The position numbers and the translations under genes are program-made. From a virus (taxonomy: Duplodnaviria; Heunggongvirae; Uroviricota; Caudoviricetes), in the IMG/VR virus record IMGVR_UViG_3300028886_000031, positions 152,485-216,484 of that record: 64,000 bases of DNA; one strand, given 5' to 3'. Within the stretch, counting starts at the first letter, position 1, and each line of letters begins with the position of its first letter. Below are positions 30,715 through 41,129 of the stretch, piece after piece. The notes beneath the pieces were generated by a model. It was given only the letters and a program-made list of their open reading frames with translations. It had not been told where the DNA came from and did no database searches.

Positions 30715-31527
30715 ATGAATAATTTTAATCCCATTTACTTAGAAAAACAAAAAGAAAAGAAACCATACGACTTTGTTGGTGCAGCAGGTGGTGTTGGTGC
30801 TGGTCTTGTAGCATCGAATTTACCAATATGGGCAAGCGTTCCAGTCAATAAAAAAATAGGAGTGCCTGCAAATGATGCTGAATATACATATATGATGAAT
30901 AAACTTGGAAATCTTAAAGTAAATGGAACGAATACAGTTGATAATTATTTAAAGAGCAGAGGTATTAAATATGGATATGGTGGACCATATCCATCACCAC
31001 ACTTTGATATAGCAAAGAAAAAGATAAACCTCAACTTGAATCCAAAATATTTTGATAAATGGGGAATCCCATTGTTTGCCCATGAGCTAGGTCACTCTGA
31101 AAAATTAGCTAACAATCCTAAAGTTGTATCTAGAACTAACAATTATCTCCTATCCAAAAAAGTTTCTGGTTATGCAGCATTACTTCAACTTATAAATTGT
31201 TTTAATAACGATGATGAAAGTAGACAAAAGATTGGACGTGCACTATCTGTCTCTGGAGGTGTAACAGCAGTCCCAATGCTAGCTGAGGAAATAGGTGCTT
31301 CGATGAGAGGTTCTAAAATGCTTGGTCTCAAAGGAGGTCAAAAAGCTAGAGCATTTATTGGAATTGGGTCTTATATTGCTTGGGCATTAAGTCCAACAAT
31401 TATATATCAAGTATCAGAAAAAACAAGAAAGTTCTTGAATACCTTAAGAAAACAGAAGCAAAAACATCCGGAAATAGGACAAGAAATTTCAGAGTTAGAA
31501 AATCAAAACATTAAGGTAAAGATTTAA
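30715..31527 (+). CDS. Membrane-associated zinc metallopeptidase-like protein with NFNPIYLE leader
   Basis: AHELGH and EEIGAS motifs; Gly-rich hydrophobic helices. Confidence 0.75.
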   Translation: MNNFNPIYLEKQKEKKPYDFVGAAGGVGAGLVASNLPIWASVPVNKKIGVPANDAEYTYMMNKLGNLKVNGTNTVDNYLKSRGIKYGYGGPYPSPHFDIAKKKINLNLNPKYFDKWGIPLFAHELGHSEKLANNPKVVSRTNNYLLSKKVSGYAALLQLINCFNNDDESRQKIGRALSVSGGVTAVPMLAEEIGASMRGSKMLGLKGGQKARAFIGIGSYIAWALSPTIIYQVSEKTRKFLNTLRKQKQKHPEIGQEISELENQNIKVKI

Positions 31528-31541
31528 AATTTTACTAAACA

Positions 31542-31577
31542 AAAACTGCGTCCTTTTAAATTCAAGGACGCAGTTTT
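31542..31577. terminator. Bidirectional terminator
   Basis: AAAACTGCGTCCTT / AAGGACGCAGTTTT 14-bp stem. Confidence 0.8.
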
Positions 31578-31602
31578 ATGATCAGCAAATTGAAATTAAA
31601 TT

Positions 31603-32271
31603 CTATTGTGGTAAATACGGACCCTTTCTCAAAGTAGCAGATTTCATTGCTCTTAAAGCCGGATTAGTGTTTGGATCTGGATTCTGACGTCCATTAAATA
31701 TAAATGAGGAATTAAAATCAACAGGATTTTCCAATCCTAATTTTATATCACCCATTTTCCTAAATTCTCTTGCTGCTTGATATTCACCTTCCCTTATGTT
31801 TGAAAGGAATTCATTATATTGTTTAAATGCTTTATCACCACCGTATTTAGCCTTAAATGCTTCTAAATCAGCCGTTGCTTGAGCTAATTTTTTCTTATAA
31901 GCTTTCCTATGGACAGGCTCTAATTTACCCAATGGTGATTTTAATTTTCTTTCTAATGAACTAACTATATCTTCAAGCTTCCAATATCTAGGCCATATAA
32001 CCTTCTTCCACATTTCTTTAGATTGACCAGAAAGTTTCTGTACATCATAAAGTGACCAAGCTGCTTGATTTCCAAAAATCTTAGGCTCTAAATAATAGCC
32101 TAATTTTTTTCTTAATGTTTTTGTTGTAGCAATAACTGGTTTTTTAAATCTATGACCAAGATAGATATTTGCTTCTTGTAAAGTATGTAATGGGTTTACA
32201 TTCTTCATAATAAAATAATCTCCATTATATAACTCTTCAGAAAGAAGTAATGGATTTTTATTTCGAATCAT
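31603..32271 (-). CDS. Basic hypothetical protein with NKNPLLLSE leader
   Basis: Leader appears twice (NKNPLLLSEE, NVNPLHTLQE). Confidence 0.75.
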   Translation of the reverse strand: MIRNKNPLLLSEELYNGDYFIMKNVNPLHTLQEANIYLGHRFKKPVIATTKTLRKKLGYYLEPKIFGNQAAWSLYDVQKLSGQSKEMWKKVIWPRYWKLEDIVSSLERKLKSPLGKLEPVHRKAYKKKLAQATADLEAFKAKYGGDKAFKQYNEFLSNIREGEYQAAREFRKMGDIKLGLENPVDFNSSFIFNGRQNPDPNTNPALRAMKSATLRKGPYLPQ

Positions 32272-32323
32272 AATTTTTCCTTTTTATAATTTGTTTCAAA
32301 TAAATAAAAAAAGTTAAACAACT

Positions 32324-33082
32324 ATGCGGAAATCTTTTAACTCAAAAATTAAATATCTCGTATCAAAAGACGTTGTAACTGATTTAAAACGTCAATGCTG
32401 TGATAAATTAAAAGCTAAAGACTATGTATTGAATTGCAACGTATCCAATCTCATTAAAATTCCAGAAGTATTAAGAATTACAGGTGATAAATTAGTTCTT
32501 AATGAAATAGACTTTACACAATATGAATTTCCACTATATATTAAATGCAATCATGGATGTAGATATCAAATATACTGTAATAACATAGACTCTATTAATA
32601 GACATACAGAAAGTATCATAAATAAGTACATGTCTAAAACATATACAGAATATAATGAATACCAATATGATGGAATAGATAAAAAAATATATCTTGAGAA
32701 ATACATCAAAATAGATTATTTAATGCAATTCTATTGTTTCCATGGTGAACCATTGTTTCTGGAATGTATTAAGAAAAATTTAAAAACAAACGATTCAATT
32801 TTTGTTAATGAATATAACATAAATTATGAACCATTTAGATTTACAAATTCCCTCAAATTATACGATAGAATACCAAAACCATCTTTTTACGAAGAACTGG
32901 TAGAAAATACTAAAAAACTATCTAAAGATTTTGACTTTGTTAGAGTTGATTACTTTATAGATATAAACAACAATGTTTATTTTTCTGAACTAACTTTTAG
33001 TCCAAGTGCTGGTCATGTACAATTTAAAAATAAAAAAATGGATAATTATTTTGGTAGTTTTCTAAAAACAACGCGAGATTAA
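32324..33082 (+). CDS. TupA-like ATP-grasp protein
   Basis: YIKCNHGC, FYCFHGEP, LSKDFDFVRVDY, YFSELTFSPSAG. Confidence 0.85.
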   Translation: MRKSFNSKIKYLVSKDVVTDLKRQCCDKLKAKDYVLNCNVSNLIKIPEVLRITGDKLVLNEIDFTQYEFPLYIKCNHGCRYQIYCNNIDSINRHTESIINKYMSKTYTEYNEYQYDGIDKKIYLEKYIKIDYLMQFYCFHGEPLFLECIKKNLKTNDSIFVNEYNINYEPFRFTNSLKLYDRIPKPSFYEELVENTKKLSKDFDFVRVDYFIDINNNVYFSELTFSPSAGHVQFKNKKMDNYFGSFLKTTRD

Positions 33083-33118
33083 ATCCAAGGATCTTTTTTT
33101 AAAGATCCTTGGATTTAA
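33079..33118. terminator. Perfect 18-bp inverted repeat between convergent genes
   Basis: TTAAATCCAAGGATCTTT / AAAGATCCTTGGATTTAA. Confidence 0.75.
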
Positions 33119-33121
33119 AAA

Positions 33122-34003
33122 TTATGAATCTAAAATACGATTAGCAAAATCAACTGGATTTGAAAACACAATAGCTCTTTGACAAGCACAAATAGCGATT
33201 CCCCAATTAGATAAAAGATCATGAATTGAATAAAAATATGATGTGAAATTATCTAATACCCTTGATGCATAACTAAACAAAGTACAAAAATCAACTAGTA
33301 AGTTCTCATTAATATAACCTGGAATTTGAGCATAAAGATAATGTTGAAGAAGATTACTATTTACTGACCTGCAAGAAAGAACTGACAAACTGTTTATGTC
33401 ATCCTTAAATTGAAACTCTGTGAATTGTCCAAGATTATTGTCATACAACTCTGCCTTATCCTGGTTAAGATCAGACACGACCTCATTAAAATAGTCAGCA
33501 GCCTCAGGAAATTTATCAATTTGTTTTTGAATTTGATTAGGAAAATTCTCATAGATATCATCAAACCAATGTAAATGCATGTAATAATAATCTTCAAATG
33601 CATTTAATAAAATGTCTTGTTTTTCAGAATTACTCATTCTACCTACTTCAGTTAGAAGCTCATTACGTGCATTTTCAGTGAGAACATCATAAATAGTTTT
33701 TCCAGAGTTATCTTGAACAGCGTCTTGCCGAATATTAGTATCAAATGTAATAGTATATGATTTATTATCTATCATTTCCGATACCGTAGTAGTTTTTGAC
33801 CCATCCCAAAGAAAAGTTTCTAATAACTTGTTAGCCACAAAGGAATGTATAGGATTCTTAGAATATATCTCCGAGTCTGTTACTAGATTTTCAAAGTAAC
33901 TTATTCCCGTAAAATAAGATTCAGTAAGTTTATAAGATTTAGTAATTTCAGCAAGACCTTTAAAAGCATAAGGTGGTAAATTTAATAATTGTTTTCTTGT
34001 CAT
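33122..34003 (-). CDS. Acidic hypothetical protein (293 aa)
   Basis: SD AAGGAAAA; long ORF. Confidence 0.8.
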   Translation of the reverse strand: MTRKQLLNLPPYAFKGLAEITKSYKLTESYFTGISYFENLVTDSEIYSKNPIHSFVANKLLETFLWDGSKTTTVSEMIDNKSYTITFDTNIRQDAVQDNSGKTIYDVLTENARNELLTEVGRMSNSEKQDILLNAFEDYYYMHLHWFDDIYENFPNQIQKQIDKFPEAADYFNEVVSDLNQDKAELYDNNLGQFTEFQFKDDINSLSVLSCRSVNSNLLQHYLYAQIPGYINENLLVDFCTLFSYASRVLDNFTSYFYSIHDLLSNWGIAICACQRAIVFSNPVDFANRILDS

Positions 34004-34228
34004 TTCTGTTTTTCCTTATTATAATATAAAATTAACAGCACTAGAGTACATTATTAACGAAATTTAGAATATCTTCAACAAAGCCATCTTCATTATTCCG
34101 TATTATCTCTCGATTTATTTTTTCATATGTTGGTCTATCCATAATTACTCCATATTTCTTTTAAATTTAATGTTTTATATTTGTTAAATAAATTAAAACA
34201 CAATCTATAATATAGGATTATAATCATT

Positions 34229-34639
34229 ATGAACAATTTAAATCCATTGTTATATCTACAAGAGTTTAAGGTTGTTAATGGTATTATTTTAGATAGAGAT
34301 GTAGAAGAATATTTCTTAGAAAAAATATATCCTAAATACAATAATAAAATTTTAACATATATTAAGAAGTCCTTTGCTGTATACTCTAAAAAAGAGTTAT
34401 TACAGAAATATGGTATAAATGTTACTAAGATAACCTATTTAGATGGATGTGCAAATTTAGAAATAAAAGCCATTGATAATAAAAAGAATATACTAAGAGC
34501 ACAGGTTGAAGGCAAAATATGTTATCAATATAAATCCAAGGAATGGGGAAATAATGAAGATGGAATGTGGTTTAATAGTATAATACTATTTGATCTAAAT
34601 GGATGGAGTAAATTAGAAAAAATCTATTTAGGAAGTTAA
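34229..34639 (+). CDS. Hypothetical protein with NLNPLLYLQE leader
   Basis: Leader motif; late-type AAATAAATTAAAA at 34186. Confidence 0.75.
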   Translation: MNNLNPLLYLQEFKVVNGIILDRDVEEYFLEKIYPKYNNKILTYIKKSFAVYSKKELLQKYGINVTKITYLDGCANLEIKAIDNKKNILRAQVEGKICYQYKSKEWGNNEDGMWFNSIILFDLNGWSKLEKIYLGS

Positions 34640-34705
34640 TTAATTTAGAGATCTTTAAACAGATAATCTGATATTTTAATTTAATCTAATTAAAATGAGA
34701 ATATT

Positions 34706-34798
34706 ATGAATAATTTAAATCCATTATATGAAAAACTTTTAGACATGGAAGCAAAATATGTAAGTCATAAACCTGTTTTACATTCTCATAAGTTTTAA
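34706..34798 (+). pseudogene. 30-codon ORF or remnant carrying only the MNNLNPLYE leader
   Basis: atgaataatttaaatccattatatgaa, nearly identical to the starts of neighbouring family genes; stops after 30 aa. Confidence 0.45.
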
Positions 34799-34966
34799 AT
34801 AAATCTATTCTATTCTATTATCTTATCATGAATTAGATTAAATGTTTTAGAAAATAAAAACAAGACAGTAAATTATATTAAAAAATATAAATTATCTACT
34901 GTCTTGTTTTTATCACACATTTTATTATTTAAACAATTAAAAAGAAACACATAATTAATTCATTCA

Positions 34967-35503
34967 TTAAAGATAACATTTTGTATATTGTATATCACCT
35001 TTAACATATTGTAAAATTTCTTTTTTCTTTTCTAATGGTAACATATTTAAAAGTTTAGCAAGAGTCCAATTACAATTACTTACCTTTATATACCAAATGT
35101 TAATTTTTTTCTTATACCAAATATAATTACTTGTAGGTGGTATTTTATAAATATAAGCTCCAAAAATATCTACAAACCCATGTTCCAGTTTTACGGTTTT
35201 ATTATTATTTTCCATAAGTAATGGAATTACCTTATTCTCTATATCTTCCATTGATATATATTTGATATATTTAAAATCTGGATCTTCTTGAATTGTAAAT
35301 TCTTCTGGATTATAAGAGTTATGATATTCATCACCACATACAGCAACACATGATGTATCACAATAATTTGGATTTCCGGAATATACTTTACTAACTATAA
35401 AATCATAGAAAATATTTCTATTTTCGCAATAATAAACATTAGCATATTTACTATCACATTCACCACATGGTGCATAACAAATTTCTTTACTAAACAATCC
35501 CAT
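34967..35503 (-). CDS. Hypothetical protein with N-terminal Cys motifs
   Basis: SD AAAGGAG; CYAPCGEC. Confidence 0.75.
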   Translation of the reverse strand: MGLFSKEICYAPCGECDSKYANVYYCENRNIFYDFIVSKVYSGNPNYCDTSCVAVCGDEYHNSYNPEEFTIQEDPDFKYIKYISMEDIENKVIPLLMENNNKTVKLEHGFVDIFGAYIYKIPPTSNYIWYKKKINIWYIKVSNCNWTLAKLLNMLPLEKKKEILQYVKGDIQYTKCYL

Positions 35504-35570
35504 TGTCTTAACTCCTTTCTGTATATGTTTATATATTTAGATATAACATAACATTTAAAATAGATGTACG

Positions 35571-35663
35571 ATTTCTATTAGAAATTTACAATATGAGATT
35601 AAATAGAGTTATTTACTTTAATTTCTATTAGAAATTTACAATATGAGATTAAATAGAGTTATT
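35571..35663. repeat. 43-bp direct repeat, two copies, period 50
   Basis: ATTTCTATTAGAAATTTACAATATGAGATTAAATAGAGTTATT at 35571 and 35621. Confidence 0.9.
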
Positions 35664-35861
35664 AGAGGATCAGATTTAAAGAAAGAGCTCATTATATAAT
35701 AAAATTTTCAATTATATAGGAGAATTTCTACACATATCCGATTAATGCAACTTATTCCAGCTCTCCATTTAAGGATCGACCTCCTAATATTATAAAAAAA
35801 TCTATATATAGGAGTTCTTTAAATAAATTAAAATACAATTTATAATATAAGGTATAATGTA

Positions 35862-36065
35862 ATGAACAATTTAAATCCTATCTATTTAACAGAGCAGATT
35901 AAGAATCGTATTCTTAAGAAAGCAGCTAAAGCAACAGCATCAGGTAATCTTCTACAAGGTAAATCAAAAGACCTTGCTAATAAAGCAATGACTGGTAAGA
36001 AGAGTTATAAGTTCTGGAGAACATACAGTAAGTTTGATCCAGGTTCTGCTCCAGCACAAGGTTAA
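35862..36065 (+). CDS. Small basic protein with NLNPIYLTE leader
   Basis: Leader; paralog-like to 36109-36354. Confidence 0.75.
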   Translation: MNNLNPIYLTEQIKNRILKKAAKATASGNLLQGKSKDLANKAMTGKKSYKFWRTYSKFDPGSAPAQG

Positions 36066-36108
36066 TCTAAGATTGTTAATTATAATTTTTAATTAAAGGT
36101 ATAATACA

Positions 36109-36354
36109 ATGAATAATTTAAATCCAATTTACTTATTAGAAATATCACAAGATCTTATCAGAAGAGCTGGAAATAATACAATTAATACTCTTGTAAAAAC
36201 TGGAAAGATGTCTAGGGCTAAGGCAAAATCAGCTGTAGCTGATAGATTATTAACAGCCAATGCACGTAGATCAATTAAAGCACCAAAAAACAAAATGGCT
36301 AAAAGTAATTTTAATACCGTTGCTGATTATATTGATACACTTATTAAAAAATAA
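36109..36354 (+). CDS. Small basic protein with NLNPIYLLE leader
   Basis: Leader; shared AAGGTATAAT upstream. Confidence 0.75.
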   Translation: MNNLNPIYLLEISQDLIRRAGNNTINTLVKTGKMSRAKAKSAVADRLLTANARRSIKAPKNKMAKSNFNTVADYIDTLIKK

Positions 36355-36407
36355 TTAATCCCAAATTGTTAATTATAACACCTGATTAAATAACGTATAG
36401 TTAGGTG

Positions 36408-36962
36408 CTATAATTTATATTTCCAAATATATCCATAAGCATTTTTACATCGTCCTTTGCAACAATTAACAATATTTCCAGCACAACCATTATTTAAATT
36501 TAAAAATTTAGATGCTTCTGCTATACTATTCCATTCAGATATTAATTGATTATCTAGAGAATATTGTAAAACTTTCCTTTTTTTATTATTTTTAATAGAA
36601 TAGATTTTCATTCTCTCCCTTAATGTACCATAATTCATATTATCTTTATGAGACATCCATTCTAAATTATCTATTCTATTATTTAACTTATTTTCATCTT
36701 TATGATTAACATCTGTATAGTTATAAGGATTTGGTATAAATGTTAATGCAACTAACCTATGTACTTTATATGCTTTTCTAATACCATTGTTATTTAAAAT
36801 ACAAGTAGCATATCCAATATTATCTTTGCCAGGATTCATAATATATCCATTATTAGATTTACATCTACTAGATTGTCTAAATGATTTAATTCTACCAAAT
36901 GTACTAATTTGGTATAACCCAGTATAACCATCTATATCTTTCCATTCTTCCAATAATTCCAT
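36408..36962 (-). CDS. Free-standing NUMOD4-HNH homing endonuclease
   Basis: EEWKDIDGYTGLYQISTFGRIKS (NUMOD4); HRLVALTF...VNHKDENKLNNRIDNLEW (HNH); NUMOD1-like C-terminus. Confidence 0.92.
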   Translation of the reverse strand: MELLEEWKDIDGYTGLYQISTFGRIKSFRQSSRCKSNNGYIMNPGKDNIGYATCILNNNGIRKAYKVHRLVALTFIPNPYNYTDVNHKDENKLNNRIDNLEWMSHKDNMNYGTLRERMKIYSIKNNKKRKVLQYSLDNQLISEWNSIAEASKFLNLNNGCAGNIVNCCKGRCKNAYGYIWKYKL

Positions 36963-37582
36963 ATAGTTTACTCCTCTTAGATTATTTTAATTTAATTCTT
37001 AAAATATCTAATAAATTATAGTATCCCAATCTAACGTTTTAATACAAGTTATAATGGAAACTACAATACAATCTCCAAGTTGAGGGGAATACGTTCCTAG
37101 GATCACTGTCGGAACAGAGTTCATGATACATCCGTCAATATACTTGATGAAGGATTGTAATGTAAAAGTACAATACAACTTGTAATAAAATGTTTAATTG
37201 AGATTACAATTAAGACAGTAATTAAAACTGGTGGAATGTCTGTAATAGCATTCTGTAGATACAATACTAACGTTTTAATTTGAAATTAAATATATGTTTT
37301 AATTTAACTTGAGTCTAGAGACTCTTACCGACAAAAATCCATTTTGATTTCTGGATTTTTTACCGCAAAATTTTAATACAACTTATAATATAATGTATAA
37401 TGTAACCTGTAATAGAATACAGGAATATGAATTACGTTGATGTAAACGTCAGCGTCCGCGACCGAAGAATTGTTTTTTCGGAGAGAGCCCTATATGGGAG
37501 CATGTCGATTGAATGTCTATTTGTTTACGTATATTAGCTTAAATCGCCGACCGAGAATTTTTATAAAAAATTTTTACCATAG

Positions 37583-37656
37583 GAGAATCTTCTTTAAAAT
37601 CTATTTCATTCTCTTATTATAATTATCATAAGAGAATCTTCTTTAAAATCTATTTC
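37583..37656. repeat. 25-bp direct repeat, two copies
   Basis: GAGAATCTTCTTTAAAATCTATTTC at 37583 and 37632. Confidence 0.85.
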
Positions 37657-37837
37657 TCTTTCATTCTTCTAATTGATAATTGTAATGTAATGTTATAATA
37701 GAAACATTACGATATATATAGTAATATAATAATCCTAGAGAGTATCTAACGAAAAACTAACGAAATCCCTTGGATCGAAACTATGGCATGGTGCTGTAGT
37801 GGGTTATCCGTAACCGTTAACCACAAGGAGGTGGAAA

Positions 37838-38176
37838 ATGGTACTCAAAGGGAGCCTTAATGCGTCCGAGGCTAAAGTGGACGTAAAAGAACTCCTCGAG
37901 CGTTCAGCTACGTTCACAGAAAGTCAGATATCACGTATTCAGAAATATCTAATAGATTTTCTGAAAACGGATACACGGTATCTGGCTTCTAAAAACGTAG
38001 CTGGACTCTTAGAACGAGATTCTGAATTCGCCGGAGTGCAAGACCAAGTCGTAGAACTCTTTCAAGGGTTCGCAAACGATGTATGGGGTTTGCACTATCT
38101 TGCTGCGAAGATCAGATTTCAGTTTAAGGGGTTCGAGTTAGAATACAACACTCCAGAAGACCTCGATGAATATTGA
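37838..38176 (+). CDS. Hypothetical protein (112 aa), GC-richer
   Basis: Strong SD AAGGAGGT; early-type motif at 37711. Confidence 0.85.
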   Translation: MVLKGSLNASEAKVDVKELLERSATFTESQISRIQKYLIDFLKTDTRYLASKNVAGLLERDSEFAGVQDQVVELFQGFANDVWGLHYLAAKIRFQFKGFELEYNTPEDLDEY

Positions 38177-38204
38177 GGCAGGATGTTGTGTTCTAATGAG
38201 ACTC

Positions 38205-38240
38205 GGTCTAGTAGCGAAATGCGAACGACCTTGTTTTTCT
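38205..38240 (+). terminator. Dispersed terminator element, copy 1
   Basis: GGTCTAGTAGCGAAATGCGAACGACC followed by T tract. Confidence 0.7.
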
Positions 38241-38346
38241 TGAAATTTATTTTTTATAATAAAAAATTTGCCAGAGCATCTTGTATAAGGTGCTCTAACA
38301 AACTCTTCTATAAAATCTGTTGATATCACTTTATCAACAGTATAAA

Positions 38347-39000
38347 CTATTTGTTTCCAAGATATTTTTCTAATTCTGCTGAAGTAAAAAATCTAGATGG
38401 AGGTGGTGTTGGAGCTAATCCAAAATGATATTGTGTTGGATGTTGTGCTAAAGGTCCAAACTGTGGTTTTGATGTTAAATACTTTTCTAGTTCCTCTGCT
38501 GTGAAAGGTTTTGATGGAGGTGGTGTTGGAGCTAGTCCAGATGGAGGTGTTATTGGAGTTGGTGTTGATTGAGGAGGTGTTTCTGCAGGTTTTTGTTCAG
38601 TTGTTGGATCACTGTTTCCAAAGTAATTTCCAATCATTCCACCAAGAACGGCTCCACCAGTTGTTCCTATGGCTCTAGCTCCAATCTTTAGTAATTTCTT
38701 TTTTCTTATTTTGTCATTTAGAATATTTATAGCTTGAAGTTTCCAATCTGGACTTGATTCCAATTGTTTAAGGACATTAGCTATGTTTGGATCTATTTGC
38801 TGTACTTCTTGTAATGTTGATCTAAAGGAGTCATTTGCCAGGATTATATCTCTAATCTTATTAAGCTTATCTAAACTGGCGTTAATAAAATATTTATCTA
38901 TTAGTTTAGATGTAAAGAATCCAGCTGTACCGCCAGCTATTCCGCCAATCGAACCAGGAACGGTAATTGAGAATTCATATAAGGGATTTAAATTTCTCAT
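38347..39000 (-). CDS. Glycine-zipper family protein with NLNPLYE leader and duplicated Pro-rich tail
   Basis: Two GxxxG helices; GLAPTPPPS..FT..ELEKYL twice. Confidence 0.85.
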   Translation of the reverse strand: MRNLNPLYEFSITVPGSIGGIAGGTAGFFTSKLIDKYFINASLDKLNKIRDIILANDSFRSTLQEVQQIDPNIANVLKQLESSPDWKLQAINILNDKIRKKKLLKIGARAIGTTGGAVLGGMIGNYFGNSDPTTEQKPAETPPQSTPTPITPPSGLAPTPPPSKPFTAEELEKYLTSKPQFGPLAQHPTQYHFGLAPTPPPSRFFTSAELEKYLGNK

Positions 39001-39086
39001 AATTTTTAATCTTCTATATGGTTTTTTAATTTTTTAGATTTTAAGTTTAATAAAATAAAAAAGAATTTTTAAAGAGAGCTTAATAT

Positions 39087-39620
39087 ATGAGAAATTTAAA
39101 TCCAATTTATGAAGATGTATGGTATCCAGGAACTATCTTGGGAGGAGCCGTTGGTGGTGGAGCTGGTTTTTTAATATCTAAGTTGGTTGATAAATATTTT
39201 ATAAAGACCAATATGCAGAAACTGATGCATATTAAAGGTATACTTTTGAATACGGATTCATTTTCCGAGTTCCAAAATAAAGCTATGGATGTAGATCCCA
39301 AATTTGGTGTTGTTTTAAAACAATATGAAAAATATCCGAATTGGAAAGAAACTCTTTTAGCGCTTTTGGATAAGAAAATTAACCAGAAAAAAATGTTACA
39401 AGCTGGAGTTAAAGGTCTTGGAACAGTAGGTGGTGCTGTAGCTGGCGGTATGATAGGAAATAATTTAGAGCCAAATAAACCTCTTCCTAGTATTACAGAT
39501 AAGGATCTTCTTTGGGAGCTTCCTGATTATATGAAAAACAGACCAACTATTTTAGATGTAATGGATGATCCAAATAAGTATAGAGCGTCTATTCCATATG
39601 GTGGAATACGTTTTTATTAA
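39087..39620 (+). CDS. Glycine-zipper family protein with NLNPIYE leader
   Basis: Clear paralog of 38347-39000 (SKL.DKYFI ... GGAV.GGMIGN). Confidence 0.85.
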   Translation: MRNLNPIYEDVWYPGTILGGAVGGGAGFLISKLVDKYFIKTNMQKLMHIKGILLNTDSFSEFQNKAMDVDPKFGVVLKQYEKYPNWKETLLALLDKKINQKKMLQAGVKGLGTVGGAVAGGMIGNNLEPNKPLPSITDKDLLWELPDYMKNRPTILDVMDDPNKYRASIPYGGIRFY

Positions 39621-39625
39621 TTAAT

Positions 39626-39660
39626 AAAAAGTCGTTCGCATTTCGCTACTAGACTTTTTT
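39626..39660. terminator. Dispersed terminator element, copy 2 (reverse orientation, bidirectional)
   Basis: Reverse complement AAAAAAGTCTAGTAGCGAAATGCGAACGACTTTTT. Confidence 0.75.
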
Positions 39661-39680
39661 GTGTTGGGCTTGTGATATTT

Positions 39681-39875
39681 TTACGTCCGGATGTAATGGA
39701 CGTTGAGGTCTTTGTCGCACGTAGTGAAAATTTGTTTATAAGCCATGTGCCACGATTCCTTTGTTACTTTGTACCCGTTGATCAGATATTTGTCCTCTAC
39801 CATTTTGAGTCGTTCGAATGGCTCTACGAGGAGCTCACCGTACTCATTGGTGAACTCGATTATGATGTTGTTCAT
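39681..39875 (-). CDS. Small hypothetical protein (64 aa)
   Basis: SD AAAGGAA; early-type motif on the minus strand at 39946-39958. Confidence 0.7.
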   Translation of the reverse strand: MNNIIIEFTNEYGELLVEPFERLKMVEDKYLINGYKVTKESWHMAYKQIFTTCDKDLNVHYIRT

Positions 39876-40097
39876 TTGTTTTTTCCTTTTTGAATTTGTG
39901 ATAAGTTGAGAACAGACTTTGTTCTAGAACAACTTATCTTTAAGTTTAATATATATCGTAAGAGGTATCTTGTTAAAAGTCAAAAATATCGTTTTATTTC
40001 TAATATAGTTTTATAATGCGATAATTATGATATATAGCGAAATGCGAACGACCTTGTTTTTTGTTGTTTAATAAATTAAAAGAGAGATGAGTATATT

Positions 40098-40559
40098 ATG
40101 AAATATAGTTTTTTAACAGAATTTCTTCGTCCGTCATTTGGAACTTACGGTGATCCAGTTAATGTAATTGTCCAAGGTGGAGGAGGTAGCAATACTCAAG
40201 TAGTAAATAATGTTCAACCGACATTAAGTGACATAGATAGATCTATTGCCGGAGCAGCTATTGGCGGTGCTGGTGGTGCTCTTATATCTAAAGCATTTTT
40301 AAGAAATGTAAAAGATATAAAAGAATTAATTACTCAAACAGATACTCCAGAAGAATGTATTGAAGTTCTAAAAGGATATGCTGGTGGAATAACTCCAATA
40401 GCACTTGTAGCAAGAAAATGTATTAAATATTGTCAACTTACACCAGAGACATATAAGAGCAGATGCTTAAAACTTTTAAATACATATTATGCCACTATGC
40501 TTACTACTGGTACTCTCGGCGGTTCAACAGGTGGTCTTTTTGGCGGATTACTCACATAA
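40098..40559 (+). CDS. Glycine-zipper family protein with MKYSFLTE leader
   Basis: GAAIGGAGG and GTLGGSTGGLFGG helices. Confidence 0.8.
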   Translation: MKYSFLTEFLRPSFGTYGDPVNVIVQGGGGSNTQVVNNVQPTLSDIDRSIAGAAIGGAGGALISKAFLRNVKDIKELITQTDTPEECIEVLKGYAGGITPIALVARKCIKYCQLTPETYKSRCLKLLNTYYATMLTTGTLGGSTGGLFGGLLT

Positions 40560-40564
40560 CTAAT

Positions 40565-41104
40565 ATGAAAAACTTAAATCCATTATATGAGTTTCTTACT
40601 CCACAGAGTTTGGAAGTTATGGCATTAGCTAGCGATGCAGAAACTGCACCAATAGCAGGAACTTTTATTGGATCTGCAGGTGGAACAGCTCTTGGAGGTA
40701 TTGGTGGAGGTGGTTATGGAATATATAAAGGAATAAAAGCCTCTAATAAAAGTAGAGGTTTAAGAGAAAGAAATATCATCAAAAATATAATCATAACAAG
40801 TGGTACTGCTGATGAGTGTATTGACAAGTTGAGACAAATTGGCACAGAAAGAGCTTTAAAATATGCTACTAAAGTTGATGAAAATAGAAATGGAAAATGG
40901 AAAGAAAAATTAATATCCAATATAAACAACAAGAATATGGCACTTAACATTGCTGGAGGAGTTGGAGGTGGTGTTGGAGGAGCAGTTTTAGGTGGTGCTT
41001 TAGGATGTATTGGAGGAGGCTTTACTGGGTATGGATATGGAAAAATGCAACAAGATCAAATATTGAATTATTTAAAACAGAATTATCCATCACAAGCATA
41101 TTAA
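40565..41104 (+). CDS. Glycine-zipper family protein with MKNLNPLYE leader (179 aa)
   Basis: True start ATG 40565 (track start 40463 overlaps the previous gene); very Gly-rich helices. Confidence 0.8.
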   Translation: MKNLNPLYEFLTPQSLEVMALASDAETAPIAGTFIGSAGGTALGGIGGGGYGIYKGIKASNKSRGLRERNIIKNIIITSGTADECIDKLRQIGTERALKYATKVDENRNGKWKEKLISNINNKNMALNIAGGVGGGVGGAVLGGALGCIGGGFTGYGYGKMQQDQILNYLKQNYPSQAY

Positions 41105-41129
41105 TTTAAATAAATTCAAAAAGGATTTT

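Noticed and set aside
37080-37160. Hammerhead or other ribozyme
   Set aside because: The CUGAUGA/GAAA catalytic core is not present in the right context; left as generic structure.
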